A stretch of DNA of 64,000 nt, taken from NCBI GenBank assembly GCA_021613535.1, contig CP075497.1:9734001-9798000 (forward strand), written 5' to 3'. Under the pieces are notes generated by a model. It did not search any database. It saw only the letters and a program-made list of their open reading frames with translations, and was not told where the DNA came from. Shown in pieces: positions 27,096-38,928 of the stretch. The stretch comes from Adineta vaga (lineage: Eukaryota > Animalia > Rotifera). How positions within the stretch are numbered: the stretch's first letter is position 1; the number at the start of each line of letters is the position of its first letter. Both the position numbers and the translations under genes were made by a program.

Positions 27096-30000
27096 ATGTC
27101 TCGAGCAGCGAAAAGAGCTAAACTCGAATCTAATGTACGTTCTACAAATCAGAAAAATGAAGATAATCAAGCTCTTCTTTCTGGCCAGTTTATGACCTCG
27201 AGAATCGATCATGAAGTAAAGTTTGAATTATTAATCATTTTTATTCATTTATTTTCCTTATTCTTCAAAATTATTTTAGCCAATAGATGTTCCATGTCCA
27301 TCACCAATACCGAATCCAAGTGATCCATTGACGTCTCAAAGTTTACCTATTGTTAGCGATACAGCACAAGGTGAAACAGAACGTCACACTGAATTTAATG
27401 GTCGATTTGTTAGTCTTGTTTCTCTTTTACGTGTGATCAATACAGTCTACCGGTTTGATTATCATATCGTAACTATTCATAATGTTTATTTAAATAATTT
27501 AGATCAAATTTAACTTCACCGAAATGGAAGAATTTTCGTGGTTCACGTATTGAATGTCGAGATAAAATACGTTTAAATAATGTAATTTGGAGAACATGGC
27601 ATCAACAATGTATGAAAACAATATTTATGAAAATATGTTTTTTGATAAATTCTTTTTGAATTATTAGATATTCGAAGAATCAAATCACTTGTGTGTCAAT
27701 TCGTCTCTCCACTTGATAGTCAAACATTACCAGTAGCAAAAGAATATTGTGTGTTTAATCTTTTACTTTTATTTATCGATTTTCTAGACTCAAATCAATC
27801 AACAAGCCAAACAACAAGTTATTAATAATTTAAAAGGCGAATATATCAAATGGCGACAAAGTTCGAAAGCGACTTTACGTCGATTAGAAATTGATATACC
27901 AGTATGAACATAGACATTATTAGATTTTCTCGGAAGAAATTCTTGCTTTTTCAGAATGCTGAAATCAAACATCTTTTGGATAATGTGAGTGAAACATATA
28001 CGCCGAAAGTAACTTCAAATTTTCGTCGTATTGCAACTCCACCACCTGATCCATTTTGTCTTTTCGATGATTTTGATTTAATTGAAGATCAATTATTATT
28101 TTCTACAACGAATGCATTTAATGATAAAGATGTCGGTAAGTTAAAGTTTGAAAAACTCTTTAAAATATATCTCATGGTGTTGGATACAATCGATTGAATA
28201 ATATCATTTCTCTTTTTCTCCTGCTTATTCGATTTTAGACAATGCACTATCAGGTAAACGGTTATTATTCTACCGATGTTTGGCTATTTAAACTGTCTTT
28301 TACCTTTGTGAACGCTCGCGTTTTTTTCCCCGCTAGTCGATTTAACCAATCATTTACGTCTCTATACACCCAAATATTAAAAAAAACACAATCTAATCGC
28401 TTTGATATTTTCTTATGTGGTTATGTGATATAAAGCTTCATCTCTTTTTTCTTTTCATTGGAAATGTATATTAATATGAAAATATTCATCGACCTTTTGT
28501 CTATTTCGTAGCATTGGGTGGAAATCCTGATTTACATCAACCAACAATGGGACAATACTATTTCGATATCAATACATTTCTCGATGGGTTTGATACATCA
28601 TTAACAAGTAAATACATATTCTTAAGAAAGATTTTGTTTATAAACAATGAATTGTTTTTGTATTATTCAGACGATGAGTTTAATCTACGATGCAATAGTG
28701 ATTCGGTAAGATTTATTGGAAACCATAACGTTCCAGTGTGAGAATAAAATCACTTTTTTTTAATAGTTATCAACATTGTCTACGTATCAAAATCAACCAG
28801 ATTTTACATTGGATATGCCTTCACAAACACAACAAGATTTAAGTAGTTTTCAAACATTAGTGTCGGTAGCAACAGAACGACCACGTTTAACTATTCAACA
28901 ACAAAAGAATATCTTAAATCAAAATAACACTACGAATGTAAATCAATTCATTTTTATTTCTGCTATGAAAAAAAAACATTTTGTTTTCGTTATCTAGAAT
29001 CATCATCAAATAAATAGTATGAATTCTATGAATATGTACAATAATTTACAATATTCATCGGTACCATCTCAACGATTATACAGTCCATATAGTCCAAATA
29101 ATACGACCACTACTACTAATCGAAACAGTCCATCGACTTCAAATGTAACTGCTTGCAGTTTAACTTGTATGATCAATATTTCACACGGTTTTTCTTTCTT
29201 CATCACTAGGGTCTTGGACAAATGACGTCTATTACAAATATATCGAAAATGCCAACAACAAATGTGATAATGACAACTCCACAACTCTCTCTAATGGGTA
29301 CAAGTAATAGTACACGACAAACACAACAAATTGAGCAACAAGTCAGTAAACCGCCATCAGCAACTTTGGTTGATCTTCTTAAGCAAAGACGAAGTCCACC
29401 TCCACCAGTACCATTAACAGTAACAAATACTTTGTCAACAGTATCAACACGGCAACGAAAACAGAATTCAGTTGTGAAACAACCAAAAAAACCGTCGAAA
29501 AAGGTACAAATGTCAATGAAACAATTACCTGTGAATAATCCTCCATTAAATAATATTCCGGTAAATATAAATATTCGAGATTTTATCTTATCGTAACAGT
29601 ATATCTTTCAATTTAATTTTCTATTAGAATCTTATCGAATCAAATGAAACACTTTTGAATTCTTCTTTACCTCGACGAAATAAAATACAACGTACTGTAT
29701 CTCGATCAACGTCGGAAGAGATACCATTACCTCTACAGCATCAACAATATCATATATCAACGCCACCAATATCGATTAAACATAGCGCATCTGTATCCAA
29801 TGAATTGGGATTCTTAAATGGCAATGGAGTAAGTTCATAATCAAGGATAATATTAGTATGAGATCACCGCATATACTATAGTTCTTCATAAAAACTTCTA
29901 TAATCAGTCAATTAATATAACAGAATATTTCTCTTTATCCTATTGAAAACATGATTAATTTATTGTAATTCTTGTTTTACTGATAATTTCTAGCAACTCG

Positions 30001-30814
30001 ATTCGTCACCATCATCTACATCAAGTTCAGGACAAAATGCTGAAAGTAAACGTCGTCGAAACATTAAAGTAATTCTCTAGAAATCTATCCTTTACATATA
30101 TGTAGATATATATATATATATAACGCCATTATGTTTCATCTCTGTTATTAGAATGGTTTCGAAAACCTTCGTTTACTCATTCCTGAATTAAGTGATCCAG
30201 CAAATGCAAAAATAAGTAAAGCTCAAATGCTTGAATGCAGTAAGTAATCATTTCGTTTTTTCTTATTTTGTATCAATTCACTATGAATATTCATAGCTGC
30301 CGCACATATTCAAGCAGCCACTAAAATTCGTGATAAAATGCAAAATGAAGCGGATTCATTACAGCAAGAAAAAGAACAATTACAACAAAAAATCTCTCAA
30401 TATCAAGCAAGTTTACCTGTCGATGGTATCCCTATTGTACCAGCGCGACGTTCTCGTGAAGCTTCGTATGCATTATTTCATTCATATGTTGCTGATCGAA
30501 CACGAAAGAATTGGCGATTCTATCCTTATTCATTGATATTAAAACAAATCTTTGATGCATTTCAAAATACAGTTACATGCGATTCATCAGATGAGTTTAT
30601 GCGTTCCTTAAATGATTGGAAAACTAGTTCACTTAGTCTTATACAATTACGACAAGCTGCTTCACAAGCTGTTCTGGATATGGGACGAGAGACATCATTG
30701 ATATCAGGTAAGTCTTTGTTGAATATTTTCGAAATAGTTCCTAAGTTGTCTATTTTAGCACCTGAACGCGTGCCTGAAGAATGCATTCTTTTAGCATCTA
30801 AAGAACTTCACTAA
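27096..30814 (+). CDS. Mondo/ChREBP-family bHLH-Zip transcription factor (MLX-interacting protein)
   Basis: Mondo conserved regions LLSGQFMTS and [29 protein letters not shown]; b[28 protein letters not shown]; zipper and C-terminal [12 protein letters not shown] domain. Confidence 0.92.
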
Positions 30815-31337
30815 CAATATTAGTAGTGTTCTTTTCTTCTGTAGTCTTCCTATTGGTTATTATTTATGATTACCTTAGTTGGTTTTGTTTTGCGTGTCCG
30901 GTTCTACTTTTGTCTCGATTTTCTCTCAGTGTATGTATAGGTTAACTATCGGATAGCTTTTTTTTTGTCCTCAGTTTGCCGTGGATATTTGATACGCATT
31001 GTTTTTTGGAAGAAATATAAAAAATTTGTATGGTCACTGTGATTTTTTTTCTCTTTCGTGTATATTGTTAAGTGAAATAAAATCATGTAAGATAAATGAG
31101 TGAAAAATACATACACAGGGATCAATGTGGAAAAATAAAGTGAAATTTTAAATATATAGTACTAAGATTATACTTTAAAATGAGAAGAAAACGATTGTAT
31201 ATAGCTTCTGTTTAAACAATTGGAATATATCTTTGATCAATTGTTAAAACGCGTCTGAATCTTATTTATTGTTCTTATTCATGTACATCGAATCTAATTA
31301 ACTTATTGCATCTAGTCACATCTTTCGATCAGAAAAC

Positions 31338-31832
31338 ATGATGCCTGACTATTTCACTCATCTCTTAGGTATAATTCATATTATACGGTTTACATGTTTA
31401 ATTATCTTATTAATATTTACTGAAATAAAAATCTCTTCCTGTGGAACTTATCTCAATGAATTTCTTGGTTTTAATCATCAATCAATACTCTTCTATTACA
31501 TATTAATTTGGATATCATTTTCATTTGAAATTTACTTTTTTCTCAATCGTTTATTTGCTTCTATGTCTATTAAAGCTAGAACTTCTGTTCAAATCTTATT
31601 CTTTCTTCTATTTATCGGTTATCTTCTCGCATCTTCATTCACATTATATGCATTGATTAATTCATCCGATGGTCATGTTATTACTCAAATGGATTTTCTA
31701 GATCCACCACGAACAATTATCACTATACCATCTGATTGTAATCCATATCGTTTGATCGGAATTGTTTTTGGTTATATGATCGGTCTTCTTTATCTTTTTG
31801 CCTTTGTTCTAATTCATCGTTCAGTAGACTGA
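31338..31832 (+). CDS. Four-TM MARVEL-like membrane protein, single exon
   Basis: 164-aa ORF with four hydrophobic segments; YFTHLLGII at the start and IVFGYMIGLLY in TM4 resemble the MARVEL pattern. Confidence 0.65.
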   Translation: MMPDYFTHLLGIIHIIRFTCLIILLIFTEIKISSCGTYLNEFLGFNHQSILFYYILIWISFSFEIYFFLNRLFASMSIKARTSVQILFFLLFIGYLLASSFTLYALINSSDGHVITQMDFLDPPRTIITIPSDCNPYRLIGIVFGYMIGLLYLFAFVLIHRSVD

Positions 31833-32121
31833 AGATGTTTGTTTTAGAGTTTTTTTTTTCTTTCGATCATATCCAAAAAAAAATATATACACACTCACAC
31901 ATACAGATGATGTTTAATGAGAAAAAAGAGAGATTACTCATATTTTTGTAGCAAAAGAAAAAAAAACAAGCAAACAGACAAACAAAAAAATGGGAGCGAA
32001 GAAAAAAAAAGAAGAAGTTGATATGTATACAAAGTTTGAGATTTTTGCCTGCTTTGTTCATTCTCTATTTTTTTTTATTCTAACGAACTCAAAAGAAAAA
32101 GAGATGAAAAATGAAAATCAT

Positions 32122-34589
32122 TTACATATTTTTCATACTGTTGAGTTCGTTGATTAATTCAAGTACTTGTGGTGAACGTGTAGATGAATGAACATTATCA
32201 CGAAGTAAGCAATCAATAAATGATAATGTCATCTCAAGTTTACCATAGGTTATTTCAAAAACTGTATATGTGGCAAATAATGTACATATTGATGTTAAAA
32301 AATCAGTTAATGGACGATGAAATAATTGGACATAATCTAATTCAATATTATATGCAGCTGAAGATGATTTGCCATCATAAAATAGTGTTGCTGGATGTTC
32401 TCCACGAATGATTGGCCATGGAGATTGAGCATCCTTATCTGGTGCAACAAGTAAAAATTGATATTCACCAAAGTAACATGCAACAATCAATATAGCGAAT
32501 GTATCAGCTAAGACTAAAGATAAGATAAGAATAGAAATGATTATAATGAGAAGTATTTATGAATAGAAAAATTACTTTGTTCTAGTTGTGGTCGTTTCGA
32601 AAGAATGGTGTGATAAGTAAGAAGAATTTCTGGTGCACAGCCTGTTTCTTTTGCAAGACGTATGATTGGTTTCGAGATTGAACGAAGTTTATGTATCAAA
32701 ACAGTTTGTATAGGAATGTTTGTTTGCATATGAAAATCAGCAAGTAACTAGACAGAAAACAAACAAAAACAAATTGATTTTTGTTTTATTTTAGTCTGAA
32801 TACATACACATGAATGTAGTTGTAAAGCAGGATATTCGGTGAGAATTTCTGTAGTATTGTGTGTTTTAACGAAATTTCGTCGTATTTCAAAAGTTTCTTT
32901 AAAATAATCTGAGATTAATGAAATATCTGGATCATCTGTAGCTGCTAATGTTTCTTGCATAGCAGTGATACAACCACGTAAACGACTGTTTTCTTCTTCA
33001 TCCATATCATCATTATTATCACTTGTTTGATCCTGGAAAAAGAACAAATCATCCATAATGAACTTGTTATAATTCAATTCACATTCTTACAAGATCTTTT
33101 CCATTGCTTGGCATTTCACCTGATTCATATTGTCCGTCATCTGAATCAACTTCAAATTCATGTCGTGAACGTTTTTGTCCATTCGACGTTTGAGCTAATC
33201 TTTCTTCACCTAATTCTTCATCACCGGACATACGATCATAACCATTTTCACCAGACAAGGCATTCTGTGCGTCAACATAAGATGTAACTGTACGACGTCC
33301 CCGTTTAAATTTACCTTTGATACCATCAATCCATGCACCCTAACATGATTCATTCATTTTCTTTTATTGACAGATTAGATCTCTTTAACTTACTTCACCA
33401 CCATCGGTGGATGATTCAAGAAATGGATAAGCTTTAACGAGCGCGGAAGCAACAGTTTTGTATTGTCTAGCATTTGGATACCTAAAATAAGAAAAGACAA
33501 TTAGAAATCTTGTTTAACTTCCGTCAATAAATGCTGTTCTATACCAAAGATTATATGAACGAGTAAGATCATCGTAGATAGATGAGATTAATAGATTACG
33601 ATAATAAGTACGAAGTTTAAAAGCACTTGCATCCTGAGAGTTAAGTGCTAAGCGGAGTGTATCAGGAAATTGTGGTAATTTATATACATGAGGAAATGTA
33701 TGTTTTGTATCGTTTTCATTTGTTTCACCATTTAATGAATTGCTAGAAAGTAGGACAAATAATTATTCAACGATTCGTTTCAAATGAAATAAGTTATTTT
33801 ATTTTACTTGAGAATTGGATTTGGAAAGTGTTTAGATTCACGTTTAAGTGTTTTCATCGGTGGACCTTTTGGTGTAAGACGTTGTGGAATTTGTGAACGT
33901 TCTGAATAAGAATTACGAGGATTGTGATGACCATTCGTAGCTGATGGTACAGGTGAATTTGAATTTGATGAATGATCAAAACCATTATCGAATGAAGTCG
34001 AAGCAATAACATGTGCAGCAATTTGATGTGCAGTTGTATGTCGAGTACCATTATGACCATTGGTTGTAGACGATGACGCAAGTGTCTTTTTCGGATTTGA
34101 TTCAAGAGTTTGTCGTTGTTTGAGAGATTGTAATAAATCAAGAAATTGTACTTCAAGTTTTATTGTTGGGAAAAGACGAACAACCATAGATTCGCTAAGT
34201 TTAAGAAGAGTTGGACCATCAATTTCATTATCTAAATAAATGCAGTTGAAGGATATTATTAACGATACCTACAAGTATGATTTTAAAAGAATTGAATATT
34301 TCTTTTGTTCTCATAGCCTATCAATATGTGACGAGTAAGAAGAAAACGTTCGCGTCTTTGATAGGTTTGAGAAGTGCAAGAATAATAATGGTGTTTGCTT
34401 TTTACCTCGAAAAACTTTTTCAAATGCACCAAAATTTGATTCATGAAGCCAAGCGACAACAGCATCGGCATCCCATTGTAAAACAGGCGATTTCTACAGA
34501 TCGATTTCAAATAAAATTAAAAAAATGAAACTATCAACGATAAAATATAAAATAATGATATTTACCATAGAGGCTACTACCGAATCCAT
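32122..34589 (-). CDS. N-terminal SAM-domain protein, SAMD3-like
   Basis: Spliced MDSVVASM|KSPVLQWDADAVVAWLHESNFGAFEKVFR|DNEIDGPTLLKL (SAM); central YPNARQYKTVASALVKAYPFL..WIDGIKGKFK; C-terminal LFATYTVFEITY..TLSFI. Confidence 0.75.
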
Positions 34590-37500
34590 TGTACGTGCTT
34601 CTGTTTATACTTGTATGTATGCGGTCAGTAGCAGTTCAGCATAAGAATGTGAACTAATATATGGAGTTTGCCGGTTCTTCGTCGTCGTTCGATGAGAAGG
34701 AAAAGAGAGAAGAAGAATAAGAAAGAGAGAAATAGGCGAACGTTGCCTACAAAATACACGATTCGACGTTCTGGTGTCAATGGATCTATGTACAGAGAAA
34801 AGAGGTTTATGTGTGTCCGTCTAAATTTTGAAGGAAAGGAAGGAAGGAAGACGTATGAAAGAGAGAAAAACGGAGAAAACGTTGCTGGACGGCTGCTGAA
34901 CGGACGATTTATGTGTTTTTGTGCATATACTAAGCATATACGTGTGTGCATGTATGTATTTGTACATACAATCTTTCTTCCTGTCGGACTACTATACCTA
35001 TGAGTGATGGTGGCGAGCGACGACTTTTCTTCTCTTTTTCCTTTCGTCCGCCCGCTCGTCACTGACTCAAATCTCTTTTTCGACGCCAACAACATCTGCC
35101 CTATTTGCAGTTGTTTGAGATGAAGAGAAAAAGTATAGAAGAAGCATTTCAGAGTGAAGAAAAGGGCAAAAAACGAAGGATATTAAAAAAAAGAAGAAAA
35201 ACGATGGACATCGTCCATAAAATACATGTACATATATCTATTGGTTATGTCTAAGAATACTTTTCATTTCCTAATGTATGAAAACGAAGAAAAGAAAAGA
35301 AAATTAATGTCACTGTCATGTACAAAAATAGTACATATTACATTAGCAAAAATCTTTTTTCGTCATTCGTACACCCTGTTTCTAAAAAATGCATTGCACT
35401 CAAAACAGTTCTGTCGATTTATTTTTCTTGCGCGACTGTATTATACCAAGACAGTTATGAAGAACGACATTGGAGATACGTTACTTTTTCTTATTCGTTC
35501 TAACTTATCCACCCAGTCAACTGTTTTTATAGATAAATAAAATAAATATAATCACGTAATGATACATTACAATAGAATGTAGAAAAAAAATGCTTTTTCG
35601 ATGTAAAGAACAAAAATATTTTCATTATACCATGGATTAAACGGTTTTGGTTTTATTAAAATATTGATAAAATGACAATAGTTCTACTCAATAAACCTCG
35701 ATCTGAAGATTAACACATACGGAGATGTAAATATGTAAAACTCAAAGAAAAAGAGGATTTCATCTATTGATGCCATCTAACTACTGTAATAAGAAATGAT
35801 GACGCATGAAAAAAAAATGAAGAACCTTCACGCATACGTACGTCTCGAACGAAAGCTAGTGAGCTAACGCCCTATTTCTGTCCTTGCCGTTCTTTTTCTT
35901 CTGGCTTTCTACGCCTTACTTGCTAAACCCGGTACGCGTACTATAGATAAAAGAAAAAAAAAAGAAGGACACCCCCTAAAATCGTTTTCTTTCTCGTTTT
36001 TTGCGCTCTTTTTTTTACCAACGTTGTCATCCCAAAAACCTACTCTATATCTCGTCCTTCCCTCCTTCCCTCTCTTCTTTCCAGATCATGTAACATAAGC
36101 GCATGCACGCACACGTTCTACATGTAAAGTTCATCTCTCAGATTCTTTTCGACATAACGTCTGTTAGAGTGAGTGTCGAAAAATCCGAAGCACGCAGGGT
36201 CTCTTTCGTGTTCTTCTATACCTCTATGATTGTTGTGTATGAAAATGTATGTAAGACTTGATGATGTTGAGGATGGTAAAAAGAAAAAAAAAGGAGAACT
36301 CTCAACGCCGGCGTCGACAACGAACGGAATCTTCTGGACGCCTTTCTCGAGCATCAAGCAAGAAAAAATGAAGAGAAAGATTTTGTGTTACAACAATGTG
36401 CTGAGTGCTGCTATAAAGAGATTTTGCGTCAATCACTTTCTCTTTAAACGACTTTTTCGATCTCTCTCTCTCTCTCACCTTCATGCTATCAGAGTATCAA
36501 TGCATGTAAAGCATACATCACAAGAACAGAGAGAAAGTCCGTAGTCGAGCCATTTGTTCGTCCGTTCATTCATCGATGTATTCTCTGTTCCCTGCAGTTC
36601 TCCTGCTGCGTATGTACATGTATGTGTATTGTATACATGTACGTATAGACTTTCTTCTCATCTTCTTTCACTCACTCTCTCTCTCATTCTCTTTATGATT
36701 ATGTGCATGTACTATACTCGACCTAGTGGTTGAAAGGTTGTAAAGAGGTCAATTTCGTTCTCACGCGTTCTCTCCACATCCATTGTCCATTCTCTGCCAC
36801 TATGTAAAGATCAGGTCTCTTATACTTAGGATTAGACAAATGAACAAACGGACAAGCGAACTATTATTATTCATGATCTATGTTTTTGCAGATCAACATG
36901 TATATAAATGAAAAAAAGAGCAATTGTTTACTACAAACACAACTAGTGAATTGATGAATAGAACCTGAGCTAATTGTATCGAAACTAATAATTTACTTCA
37001 TTATCTGAGATTTTGGGTACATTTTATGTGATTCAAATATTAGAACCATCTCTTTCAGAGATATGTATTCAAGATTAAAGATACAACATACAATGTATCG
37101 AAAATGAAATATCAAAAACAATTATGACGAATTACGAATTGTGTATTTTTTGTTGTTCTTTTCTGTTGCAATCAAAATGACTCAACACTACTAAGTCAAC
37201 AGTGCGTTGACAGCTGACTTTTCAAATGTCGATACGAAAAAAAAAATTGTTTAGGAATATAAATCGGTTGTTATTTATTCTTGAAAAAACTAAATGGCAA
37301 ATGCTTTTTTCTCTACACATCGCAAAGAATTTTTAAAGACAAAGAAATTACTCTGACATGGAAAAAATGATCAAAAAAATAAGAAAGATAAAGGTAAAAT
37401 ATGGAAACATTTCGTCATTGATGGTTGAGGATGGAAAAAAACTGAATCAGGATGGAAGCAAACCATCACTGGGGAGAAACCGTCTTTCTCTGTTCTTATT

Positions 37501-37610
37501 TTTGGATATAAATGTCAGTGTATTTTCATTTCCAAATAGAATTAAACATTAATTATTTACAAAACTCTTATTTTATCGATTCGCAACGAAACTTCACGGA
37601 ATTCTTGAAT

Positions 37611-38928
37611 ATGGACGGTAGCATAGGTATAGATACCACAGAGTAAAATAGTTTTTTTTCTGTTAATAACCTTAACGAATTATTTCTTCGCATTTTAATT
37701 TCAGAGTTGATTTTAAATCTGACACGAATTACAATATTCTGACTAACCTAGTCGCTGAGACAACTAATAGCAACGGCTATAAACAGCCAACAAACACGAA
37801 TCATGGAGGCACTATTGCACTACCAAGAGATCAAAGTAAAATAGGATAATTTAACAAATCATTCATATTGACTTCATTGTTCAGATGAAAATTTCCATGA
37901 TGTTGGAACTCTTTTTAAACAACCGTTAATTATATCTGAGAAGCTGGAGTCACCATATTATGCTCGATATAAAACGGATTATTTTCCGCGTGGTGGAAAG
38001 AATGTTGGTCAACCTCAATCACCACGTTATGTTCGCACGGTAGATGGTGACCAAGAAGTTACTATCGAAGTAAATCTATAAAAATACGGAAAAAATTTGA
38101 CGTTCTTTTTCGTTCTAAATTTTAGTTTCCAGCTGGTTACAAAGTCCCAGAACATCTAGGAAATTATTACCTTGAAATAGCTCTACTGACCGTTCCTCGA
38201 GAAACACAGCATTACTGGCATGTCCATAAATTACAGTCACATCATACTGATATTAGTGTACCGGATGAAAATCCTCTCATGGTACCTTTAACTAAAGAAC
38301 ATTTTGAAAGCGGTAAAGTCAGGTAAGTTTTGCTCATCGAAAAATAACAAATTTTTCATATTCAATCTTGAATTGTAGGTTAAACTAGTTGTTATTAAAG
38401 CTAAACAAGATGAGTTGAAAGAATTTTCATCACTGACATTATTCAACGCTGAAACTACTTCAAGTATTTACTATTTTGTAATTGAATATTGTAAACAATA
38501 GAATATTTAGATTGGACAGCAGAATGCAAAACAATTGAAGAGCTAGGACATATATATGAACTTTCTCGTGCAAAAATTGCATTTTCACTCGTATTTCAAA
38601 ATTCAAATGGTCAATATATTCGATGTACAGATACAACAGTAATGTCAAATGAAATTATTGAAAAAGAAAAGGCAAAGCCATCTGGTGCGTATTTGTAAAT
38701 CGACCATACTCAGCATCATAGATTTTTACTTTAGATGATATTACATGTCCTGGTTGCTCACGTTCGTTCAGTATCAAAGAACAAAGAAAGGCAGAGAAAA
38801 AGCGATCTGCTTCTGCCTCTACTATGTCGAAACAGGTAAAAAATAGCAATGATTTTGATATACTATATTTAGTTTTTTTTCTTTGTTAGAAAAAACGTCG
38901 ATCACAATTTAATCAAGAAATAATTTAA
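37611..38928 (+). CDS. Divergent Rel-homology (NF-kB/NFAT-like) DNA-binding-domain protein, 8 exons; one junction out of frame (possible pseudogene)
   Basis: Short exons join into YYARYKTDYFPRGG..PRYVR, LEIALLT..HYWHVHKL, KLVVIK, YELSRAKIAFSL, TVMSNEIIE, CPGC and a basic tail. Absent from the ORF track because every exon is short. Confidence 0.6.

Noticed and set aside
4193-30814. Functional cluster of 14-3-3, PP5 and Mondo (ChREBP binds 14-3-3)
   Set aside because: Unrelated genes are interspersed, and nothing in the sequence indicates co-regulation.
34625-36544. ORF-track ORFs of 60-156 aa between the SAM gene and the Rel-like gene
   Set aside because: Low-complexity F/L/K/R-rich translations of GA/CT tracts with no domain motifs; most likely UTR or promoter DNA.
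36545-36580. miR-375-like sequence tttgttcgtccg
   Set aside because: Only the 5' part matches, and I see no complementary arm to form a pre-miRNA hairpin.
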